A DNA stretch of 64,000 nt. Source: Camelus dromedarius (Eukaryota). The DNA lies in assembly GCF_036321535.1 (NCBI RefSeq), contig NC_087438.1:1800001-1864000 (forward strand), given 5' to 3'. Below, in pieces: positions 36,745 through 46,371 of this stretch. The position numbers and the translations under genes are program-made. The notes beneath the pieces were generated by a model, which was given only the letters and a program-made list of their open reading frames with translations, did not search any database and was not told where the DNA came from. How positions within the stretch are numbered: the first letter of the stretch is position 1; every line of letters begins with the position of its first letter.

Positions 36745-37085
36745 GAAGTGTCATTCGGCTCAGGCTCCACATCGCAGCCTGGCGGCTCAGACGTGGGCGT
36801 TCGCTGTCCCGCAGTCGGAGGCCGGGGCCCGAGATCAAGCTGTCGCAGCGCTGGTTCTTCCGCGGCCTCCCCGCGTCCTCGCGCCGCCGGCCCTCCGTGC
36901 TTGCGTCCTGACCCCGTCCTTGTAAGGATGCCAGTCACGTGGGACCAGAGGCTGCCTTAATAACCTCATTCAGTAGGACCACCTCTTTCTTTAGAGACGT
37001 CTTCAGATACGCTCGCGTTCGGAGGTGCTGAGGGCCGGGACTTCTACACAGGGACGCGGGGACGCCAGGCGGCCCCCCCGTAACA
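36745..37085 (-). mobile_element. MaLR LTR (MLT1B/C-like), antisense, strongly GC/CpG-enriched
   Basis: Collinear anchors 'cagtcggaggccggggcccgagatcaagctgtcgcagcgctggttcttcc', 'ccttgtaaggatgccagtcacgtgggaccagagg', 'taataacctcatt', 'ggaggtgctgagggccgggacttctaca', terminus 'cccgtaaca'. Confidence 0.75.
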
Positions 37086-37139
37086 GAGACTTGCCCACAG
37101 TAGTGGCTGCCAGTTCACATCGTCTGGGGGTGGAAGGCC

Positions 37140-37200
37140 AGGGCCCTGCGTGCCTGGCAACTAATGGGTACTCGAGAAATGTTTGCATGAATTCATGAAA
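37140..37200 (+). mobile_element. L2 3' terminal fragment
   Basis: 'gtgcctggcaactaatgggtactcgagaaatgtttgcatgaattcatgaa' resembles the L2 tail. Confidence 0.6.
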
Positions 37201-38834
37201 GCGGTTTTGTTGCGTCATAATTGCAGTAATACTTGACCGGTTTCTAATGTGATTTCTTTGCCTTTTTGAGGGCTTTCCCCCATTTTGTAATGCTGCGGGC
37301 ACCGTCATTTAATCTTCTCAAACTGCACTTATCTGGACGCTTTTTGAGTGTCTTGTGTGTTAACCCCAAGAAGGGACGCTCAGCGAGACGGTCTGGCACT
37401 TACCGGAGGCGGAGGCCCTGCGGTACGCTTCTGGGCCTTTGAACCCTCTGCCCCCCGGTCCCCGAACCTCGTTAAGCAAATACTTGCCCTGGTTTTCATC
37501 GCGGGGCGTTTGCACACAGGTTTGCTCTCTGCCGCGGATGTTGACTCCTCTCGGCCCAGCCACGTCTTAAACGCAGCGGCTCTAACTCATAAAATTAATT
37601 CCCTTTTCGTGGGATTGTCAGAAATGAGGATTGTTCTGACCTCTGGGTGAACTCGTCAGCTGAAATGAAGTTGTTCACTGAGCTGGAGAAGGCGCAGCTC
37701 GGTTCCGAGAGATTAATCAGCCCATCAGCCCCGGGAAGGGGCCGGCGCCGGCCCGTCAAGCTGACCCCGGCAGCTCCGGGCCCCGGCAAATGAAAGCCAT
37801 CACTCCTGGCCAGGAAGATACTAAATTATAGGCTTTTAAATTTAATTTTCAGTTTACTTGTGTTTTCGATTAGCGTGCCATGTCTCATAAAGACGGCAGT
37901 ACCTTTGGGAAGTAAACACCTCCGTGTAGCTCCCGTGGCCGCGGGCACCCAAAGGCGAATTCCACCCACGATCTGTCAGTGCGAGAAACGGGGGTGGGCC
38001 TTTCCCCCGGGACACCTGAAGCAACAATAGCAAACTGTTTTCTTCCTGCCCAAATCAATGGCAGCCTTGGAAAAACGTCGCCCTGGGCCGGGGGCCACAG
38101 GACTTCCTGGCAGGCTCTCAGCACTAACTTCGGGTCCCCGGAGGCCTGCGGATGGCTGTCCACTCTGTTCACTGCTGCAAGGAGTCGTCTCCTGGGTGGG
38201 AAAACCAAAGGCTGGATGCCACTTGCCAGTCGTCAGCTGGGAAGAGCTGTCCCCTCGTCTCCGCGGGACGTCAGCCGTGCGTGCAGGGACGGGGGCGCCG
38301 TCTGTGGTCCAGAGCAAACGGCAGGACGGCAGCCTCGCGGAGAACCCTGAGGGCTGGCGACCTCCCTCCGCTGCGTGCTCCCTGCTCCTGGAGGGAACCA
38401 GCCCTCCCTGCTCCTGGAGGCGAGCTTCGGAGAAAACCCTGCGACTATGCACTCTCGAGGGGAGGGGGGAGACGCCACACCCCCTCCCCGCGGGCAGACG
38501 CCCCTCTGCTGGGCCCCACGCCGGCTCGCCTGCTGTCGCCCCCCACAGGACACTCGCGTGCTGCTGCCCGCGTCCACCCTGCTCTCCAGGTCCCTGTCCC
38601 CACAGAAGCCACTCCTGACCCGACCCCCGGGGCATTTCCTGACACTACCTGCTGGTCAGCAGCCCCAAATAGGTTTAGTTTGTCTCCTCCAGGTTAGAAG
38701 ATTACCAAGAAAAAGACACAATAAACATCAACAAAGGAACTTCAGAAGAGTTTTAAATGGTATCCCTTACATAGTCTATAAAAATCAGTCTTACTCTTGT
38801 TTTTTTAACTTACTTAACATTTCTACAGCACATT

Positions 38835-38892
38835 TCCTTCCTTCCATTCTTCCTTCCTTCCTTCCTTCCCTCCTCCTTTCTCTCTTCCTCTC
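38835..38892. repeat. (TTCC)n-type pyrimidine-rich simple repeat
   Basis: Read directly. Confidence 0.85.
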
Positions 38893-39601
38893 TGCCCTGT
38901 GTGCAGCGAGGCCTCTGCAGACGCCATCTGCCCTGGGACGCAGCCGCCCGTCTGCTCTGGGCGTCCGCCCTCCTGAGAAGCAGGGCTTATCTGTCCCTCC
39001 CATGCACGGTGTTGTGACACTGCAACTCGGGTGCCTTACAGGGTCAGCCTCCCACGTCACCCAGCTTGCCTTAACACCGGGGAATCCAGGCCCCGCCCCC
39101 TCATCTTCTGTCCCTCTGCCAGGAGCACTAGCACCCTTGGCCCCCAGGGTCCCCTGCCAGCCCGAGTCCCGGAGGTCCTGCCAGGGTCACATGCAGGGGC
39201 TGTGGCCGACAGTGCATTTGTAGCCTGCAAGTCTGCTGCTCTGTTTCCTGTTCTTCCTGAGACTTGTCTCTGCCCAGAGTCACAGTCACAGTGGGTCCCA
39301 CGCAGACGCGGTGGCTGGAGAATTGGGTCACCGGGCAGGCTGTGCACCCTGAAGGGGGTTCGGAGGGATCCCAGTGGCCAGGCTGGACTTACTTCCTCAG
39401 GAACGTGCCTGCGTGCGGCTAGTCTCCCACACGCCTGGGCCCCGCCTGGGGCGACTGGCAGGCTTCCACAGACGCAGACGGACCGACTGACTTAAAGGGA
39501 GAGTCAGTCCTCAGCAGCAGTGAGCGTGGCCTCTGAAGGGGGGAAGGGTGTGCCCCACGAAGGTGCAGGGGCCCCAGGAGCCGCTTTCTGCTCTGTGTCG
39601 A

Positions 39602-39910
39602 TGCCACGGGTTGAACGTGTCCCCCTCAAATTCCTGTGTTGATGCCCTATCCCCCAGGTGACCTCAGGATGTGACTGCAGACTTTAAAGACTGGTCTTTA
39701 AAGAGGTAATGAAGCTAAAATGCAGTCCCTAGGGTGGGTGGGTCCTAACCCAATAGGGCTGGTGTCCTTGTGGGAAGAGGAGGCAAGGACACAGATACGG
39801 AGGGAGGGAGGGCAGGACAGCAGCACGAGGACACGGAGACACTGACCCTGCTGGCACCTGGGCTTCCAGCCTCTGGCCTGTGAGATACACTTCTGTTGTG
39901 TCCCAAGTAC
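39602..39910 (+). mobile_element. MaLR LTR (MLT1B/C-like)
   Basis: 'gggttgaacgtgtccccctcaaattc...cctcaggatgtgactg...ggtctttaaagaggtaatgaagctaaaatg...cctaacccaatagggctggtgtcctt...cttccagcctc...tgtgagatacacttctgttg'. Confidence 0.85.
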
Positions 39911-40948
39911 TTACCGCCAGACTGTCAGTCATTTCATTCAGATCAGTGCCACCCGTGCTTGTGAGGGGCTGGCTGCCGTGGTGCCTGAGCGGTCAGGGGC
40001 TCGCCTGGACGTGGCATGGGCCCAGAGCGTGGAAGTCTCTCCCCATTAGTGAGGAGCAGAAAACCCTGTCCCATTGGCACACTGACCGTGGGGTCCACTC
40101 TGAGCATCAGAGTCCACAAGGAGGAGTTGTCATTAGCTGGGATGTGGGCTTGTGCATGTGATCAACTGGGGACACCAGTGGCTCGCCTCAAACCTATTTT
40201 CTGCAAGGACCTCCAGGAGTTCCTTGCCTGGTGTCCCCTGTCCAAGCCTAGGGGCTGTCCCCTGCTCCCTGGTGCCCCTTACCCTCTCCAGCCAGGCACA
40301 CGTCCAAGGTTTTATTTATCAACTCTTCTGAGGCCTCTTTTTCATCAGTAAGTGAAGTCTGCCCTGGGTCCCCTCAGCTCAAATACAGGGGATTTGAAGA
40401 AAGGGCCCCGGTTTGGTTCCTTCACAGCCGCAGTGTAGCTGCCCCACCCCATGGGCTGCCTCGGTCCCCCCACAGTTGGTTGGGGGAGGACACAGTGTCC
40501 CCACCACAGCCAGCTGCGTGACAAACGGTTTCGGTTCCCAGGGGACAGCATCGCGTTACGTCGCTAACGCTGGGTTATGAGACAAATAAACTGCAGAGTG
40601 AGGACGCCAGTGCTTCTGCTCCGGGCGACACTGCTCTCGTCCCACGAACCGCTTCTCGTTTCTTCTCTCGCTCCTGCTGAGGACTTACCTTCCCGGTGTG
40701 CCGACCGCTGCTGGCGCGTTTTCCTGACTGGGGGTGGACTCCACGTGGCGGTGAACACGCGCCATCACCTTTGGGTGCAGAAGCAAGTTGGTGGTGTTAC
40801 TCCTTCCATGTCAAACCGAGCTCCTGTGATGGGGGGACACCCAGCCTCAGACGGCTGAGGGTCCAAATCCCACCCAGAGGTGAACCCCCACGTCTGGAAT
40901 GAATAGTCCCTCCTGGAGGTTAAATACAACGCTTGCTGTAGATTTGGG

Positions 40949-40972
40949 CGCTTACGCTTACGCTTACGCTTA
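40949..40972. repeat. (CGCTTA)4 hexanucleotide microsatellite
   Basis: Perfect copies, read directly. Confidence 0.9.
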
Positions 40973-43249
40973 AACCGCGCGTTACGCCGAGCAAAGGAAT
41001 GATGCTATGGCGGAACAGACCCACAGGCGCCGAAGCCGCCGCAGCTTCCAAGGAACAAACTGCGATTTCACCGTGAAGGCAAAGTTCCTTTTCAGTCTTG
41101 ATTTATACTAAAGGCGGGCTGTGAGTCAAACGGAAACAGAGTCAAGGCGGTCTCGGAAAGGAGCCTGCAGATGAGGACACACAATCCCAAACGTGATTAA
41201 AGGCTCCTCTGTCAAAAATGTCGCCCTGGCTTTTCCGAAGAGCAGGGAAGTATCGCGTGTTCTGAGTCACTGTCATAACTCAGACGTTGGTAATTGTCTT
41301 CAAGCTGTAACTGTCAGCCTTGCAATCTGACTTGCACTGCAAATGAGAAGTATTAATTAAATAGTAAAAGTGTTTAAAAGTGACTCTAGTCAATGTCTTG
41401 GGGGTCACCGGGTCAAAGCTGTGCTTGGAGACCTATTCTGAACTTGAATGATGCTTTGGGATAAACACATATTTACAACAAGTGTTTATTTTCCCTATAG
41501 TTCAGATTAGGGCGCGTTTAGAATAAACTTCAAGTCTGGACAGGTTTCTATTCTCATGCATTCTTAGTTGGAGTTTAGTAAAAATCTTCCTTTAAGCAAC
41601 AGAAGAGAGAAACACATTTTTAAAGATTTAATTTCAGTTTTTCATTGCCTCTGTTTCAGAACAAGCTAGATTATTAGCTGAAAAGGAGAATATTTTAATG
41701 ATTGAAGCTGTGAGCTTAATATGCAGTTTAATATAAAATGTGACATTACAGGTTGGTTGAAATCAGAATGCCAAAGCACCAGAATTCAGAGCAGTTCTTA
41801 ATGACCCAGTGCATTCAAGACAGTTCTATTTTCAGGCAGTTTTGGGAATTTAAGCTATATTGAAATAAAAATAAATTCATACATGTGAAAACTTAGATAT
41901 TTGAATAAGCAGTAACTTTTGGGCAGGCTGGTGAGTCCACTGGTCCCACACTTTGCCGTCTCAGAAGGAAAAAGGACCACATCAAGGACCATCACATTTC
42001 CCTGCTGACTGCACCCTCAGGGCCACACCTGTGAGCGAGCCGGGCCACGAGCAGGTGACGGCAGCCCTGGTCCGGCCGTAAGTGCCACGCCGCAGGGACC
42101 GCACAGGGAGCCCCGTGTGCGTGCGCAGGCGGCCCGTGAGGCAGGGCTGTGCCCTCAGCAGCACCCAGCGCCCGCCCGTCCATCTGGCGATGGACCCGGG
42201 TGCTCACCTGTCGTTGCAGAGAGCAGTCCAGGGCTACGAAACCTGCACTCGGGCCTCCTTTTCTATTCATTGCTGCTCTGTCAGTAGGTTATATGAGGTT
42301 TAATGCAAGTCATTTATCCATATATGAAGAATTTACCCCAAACCTAGGGCTGAGAAAGTCAGAGAAGTACATGTGAAGGTGAATTTTCCCAATAAACTGT
42401 CAATTTATTTTATTGATCATTTCTCTGAGAAAACATGGGTAACTTGGGTCCTTCATTATTGCCCCATCTAGGACCTTCTTGTGTTTTACTGGAGGCTGCA
42501 ACATTTTCCTTCCCGCTTATCTTTAAAATTTTGTAGAACCTGGAGTGAAGAGGGGCCCCGAACTGTGCAACCTCGTGTTTCCACCGGTGGGGGCCACGCG
42601 GCTCTGGGCTGGCATGCTGTTTGTGTGAGCACCCTGCTGGGTGCAAGTACGGTGCTGGGATAAAACAGTGCTTCCATACACTGTACATACACGCACATAC
42701 GTGGTGCCACATACATAGCTATGCATGGAAATCCATTTCTGTATGTACATATATATACACATCTATGCATAATTTATTATTTTAATAGATGATTTAGTCT
42801 AGAAACTAAAAAGGAAAAAAATCGTTTTGTAGTGAAGTCTCTGTCCACTCTGCTTGCTCCGCCCGGCGGACACTGATGTCCTCCCACTTCAGAGACCTTG
42901 TACCCAAACACAAGCAGGGACAGGGGTTCCTGCCACCGCCTCTTCCCCTGCAACTAGCAGCTCACTAAGCGTGTGTTCGTGCCCGCTCCTCTGACTTATC
43001 AGCGTGTCTTGGGGCTCTCCATATTAATACATCAAAGCGTTCCTGTTCATTCTCCTCGCTGCATGGTATCCCTTTGCTTGGCATAAATTAAATGTGATTT
43101 TTTTCACACTTGGGTCATTGTTGGTGGGCACGGGTAATTATAAACGGTTGTTTTTAATGGGAGGGGCAATGTTGTGAATTAGAAAGGACTTTTTTTAATA
43201 TTAGAAACAAAAACCTGTATTTAAACATGTCAAAGCAAACAATCCACAT

Positions 43250-44055
43250 GCCGTTTTTCGCACGTATCGCTTTTTGTTATGAAGTTGCTCGGCTGCGTGC
43301 AGCCGCACCTGTAAGCGCGGTGGGCGTTGCCGAGTCATGCACGAGCGAGGCTGTCAATTTACTGCTGCACCCGCGGCGTCTGAGGTGAAGCGCCCCCTGG
43401 GGGCCCCGCCCGCACGCGCTGCCCGCCTTCCGCAGCGCGCCGCCTGCAGGAGGCGCGGCGCCCTTGCCTCCGCGCGAGCCTCAGGCTCTCGTCGGCCGGG
43501 AGCAAGCACCTGGCCTGGCCTCTCCGCGCCTTCCGTCCGCGTTCTCGCCCAGTTCTTGACTGCCTCCGGGCCTTTCTCTCACGGCCTGGCAGGAATTCCC
43601 TGCCTAGTAGAAAGGCAAGCTGCTTGGCAGTAATCGGACTCGCAAACGCTGTTCGCTTTGCTGACGGCGCTCTCTCCGCGGCGGAGCCTCGCGTTGCCGT
43701 CGCCACGTTTCCCGGCCGTGTCCGATTCGGCGCGGGCTCAAGTCACGACTGGGAAGAATTGCTCTCTTACGGCTCCTTCTGTTTTTCCATCGTTATCAAC
43801 GATAAACCTTCAATCCGCTTGGACTCTCACCTTCTTCCGCGGGGAGGACAGAAGCCGGCCCATTTCTCGTCTCAGAAGGCACTCGGAGGCCGGCGCGGGC
43901 CCCCGGCCCAGCCGCGCGCTGACGTCGCGTCCTCGCCCTGCGCGGGCTCCCCTTACGCGGGCGCCGTCCGTGGCCGTCCCGTCCCTCCGCAGGGTCTCCG
44001 CCCGCAGCGCCGCTGTGGTGTTTGAGGCTTAGAATACGTTTCGGCGTCCGACAGC
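43250..44055. promoter_or_regulatory. CpG island-like region (~800 bp) with no associated gene recognised
   Basis: Very high GC and CpG density by inspection, with sharp AT-richer edges. Confidence 0.8.
43388..43406 (-). promoter_or_regulatory. CTCF core motif match
   Basis: Minus strand GGGCCCCCAGGGGGCGCTT versus consensus TGGCCACCAGGGGGCGCTA; one core mismatch. Confidence 0.55.
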
Positions 44056-44487
44056 TCTTGCTCCTCGTTGCTTTTGTGCCTGTTTAGACTTTTCGCAAAT
44101 ATTATCCTTTTTATGTCGTTTACTTCTGGCAGTCAGTCTTCATTCTCTCTGAGTTACAGTTTTCTCTTTTGCATTTGGGGGGATTCGCTGTCCCCCCTCC
44201 TTCCATCACCCAGAGTCACCCCGCACTGGGGGAGCCCCAGGGACACGCTGACCCCGGGGGTCCAGGTCTGTGTGAGCAGACAGGTCAGAGGCTGGGAGAC
44301 ACACCACGTCCAGGAAACTCTCCAACGAGTCTGAGGCCGAAGTCTTCCCTGGAGGAAGCGCGGGCCGGGCGTCCACTGCCCTCGATCCGGGCCGGTGGCA
44401 GGAATGGGAACAGCTCCGCTAGTCTGTCCCCAGAGCCGCTCCGTCCCTCAGCCCCGGGCTTCTTCTCACTTTGACATCCTCCCACTG

Positions 44488-44635
44488 TGCACACACACAA
44501 CACACACTCCACACACAATCCGTGCATCACACACACCACCCGCACCACACACAAAACACACCACCCTCCACCCACACACCCAAAGCACACACCATGCAAG
44601 TCTACACACAACAAGCACATAGGACACACTGCTCA
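44488..44635. repeat. Degenerate CA-rich low-complexity tract
   Basis: Read directly. Confidence 0.85.
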
Positions 44636-44862
44636 CATATAAAAATGGAGTTGAAAGTCAAAAGCACGTACCGCTCCTGGTGCTGGGTTTAATGGCGTCT
44701 GGGCCTGTTCGTGCGAGTCTATTCACTTCTGTTTATTCTGCCATGTCCCCAGAATGCTGCTTCCGGCCCACTGACTTGATTTCTGAGACGTCCCTATGCG
44801 GGGCGGAGGGTGCTGCTGGCCAGCAGGGCTGCGCCCACGGGGAGACACTGCCTGCCACCCAC

Positions 44863-44890
44863 CACCTGTCACCTGTCACCTGTCACCTGG
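44863..44890. repeat. (CACCTGT)x4 heptamer tandem repeat
   Basis: Three perfect copies plus CACCTGG. Confidence 0.9.
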
Positions 44891-45393
44891 TCCCCTGCAA
44901 CCTCGGGCTCTCCAGCTGGGCGGGTTAAGTCCCGGCTGGATCTGCAGAGGCTGAGCAGCCCTCACGTGGTGCTGCACAGAGGAGCTGCCTATGTACTTAA
45001 AACAAAACGCCCTCCTCTTCTGGACGTGGACGCCTGGGGCTCCCTGCCAGTGACAGCAGACCCTCGTGCCCCTGACCAGGTGACGCCCCAGTGCTCCCCG
45101 TTCCCGCCCTCTGGGGTCAGAGTGTGCCCCTCAGACGCAGCCAGGCGTTGGCTGAGGTCTGCTCCTCGGCCTGGATGGAGGCCCCCAGGGTGAGGGGAGT
45201 GTGGTGCCCGCACACAGCAGGGAGCTCCCTCAGTGAGCAGCGGCCGGTGCCCTGGGGGCCGCCCACGGGAGTCTCCAGGCAAACCAGCCAGCCAGCCCAC
45301 AGGAGGGGGGGCGCGTCTGCCGGCGCCCTGTGTCTGCCGAAGGTTCACTTTTCAAGAGCCATCAGTTTTGCTTTTTAAAAAAAATTATTTACT

Positions 45394-45397
45394 TGTT

Positions 45398-45446
<49 letters not shown>
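45394..45446. repeat. (TGTT)n(TGTC)n tetranucleotide microsatellite
   Basis: Read directly. Confidence 0.95.
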
Positions 45447-45529
45447 TGTCTACCCGCATTTTCAAGGAGCTGCGCTTTCACAGGCTGCCCCTGAGGAGGA
45501 AGACGGGGCCTTCTCAGGCGGTCTGAATT

Positions 45530-46030
45530 CCGCAGCCCGACCCGCAGCCGCTCGTCAGCGTCTCTCTGGGAAGTCGCTGTCTCGTCGCTCTGTTTGGCAT
45601 CGGATATGCGGTCGGCAAATGTTTACATTAAGGAGCATACAGTAAGTCTCCCCTTAGAAGCAAGTTAACAGCCGGGCGCCGGGAGGAGCCGACTCCCTCT
45701 GAATACTGATGCCCCGCCCCGCGTCTGTGCGGGGCCAGGGGTGCGAGGTGTTGACCGTGGCCTCGTACTGATAAGCCAAATGCTGCCGGAGCGCGGGCAG
45801 GATGAGGGCAACCTCCGGCCGCACGCGCCCCGCCGCGCCGCCGCCGCGCCCTGGGAAAGGCCTCCTCATTTGAATACGGCCTCCGCTGCAAGTGGAAAAA
45901 AGCGCGCGGGGAGGAACGCGCCTTTGATTAGGGCGGCGTTTGGAAGCTGAAGCCTTAAATGCTCACTTTTTGTGATGCTAAATTGCGGGCATTTTCGACG
46001 GCATTGTCAGCTTCGGGAACCCGTTTTCTC
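45530..46030. promoter_or_regulatory. Second CpG-rich block with enhancer-like motifs
   Basis: CpG-dense core ~45670-45940 interleaved with FOX-type TGTTTAC, GATA TGATAAG, TCF-like CTTTGAT and octamer-like ATGCTAAAT. Confidence 0.5.
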
Positions 46031-46333
46031 CCGACCCGTTTTTTCCAAAGAGGGACTCGATGGCCCGCCTCCCGGAGGGAGGTGAGGGAGTGGATGGACG
46101 TGGCTATCTGGGTTATGGAAAATTTAAAATCAAACTGTTTGATGAAATGTAGAAATATGTTTTAGTATAGGATTAGACTTCTAATACAGGAAGCAGTCGG
46201 GAGATCAAAAGGCTGAAAAAGTCACGCTGAAAAGGACTGGAGAGCCACCGGGGGAATTTGAGAGCCAAGTGATTAAAGAGTGTTTTCAGTGAATTAAATC
46301 CAATCTGACTTTAAAATAAAAGTAAACACGGCC

Positions 46334-46371
46334 AGCAGTCCACCGGGCTGGTAGCAGTCCACCGGGCTGGT
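46334..46371. repeat. Perfect 19-bp tandem duplication (agcagtccaccgggctggt x2)
   Basis: Copies at 46334-46352 and 46353-46371. Confidence 0.95.

Larger units (their letters stand above)
42830..44120 (-). mobile_element. Ancient antisense L1 (L1ME-like 3'UTR and ORF2 C-terminus) underlying the CpG island
   Basis: Flank 'gtcttggggctctccatattaatacatcaaagcgttcctgttcattctcctcgctgcatggtatccc' resembles antisense L1ME 3'UTR; collinear anchors inside the island include 'gcaggaattcc', 'ctcgcaaacg', 'cttcaatccgcttggact', 'tgaggcttagaatacgtttcggcgtccgacag'. Confidence 0.55.

Noticed and set aside
38375..39223. Longest ORF (282 aa) as a membrane protein
   Set aside because: Its hydrophobic stretch is the translation of the (TTCC)n simple repeat; the remainder is low-complexity.
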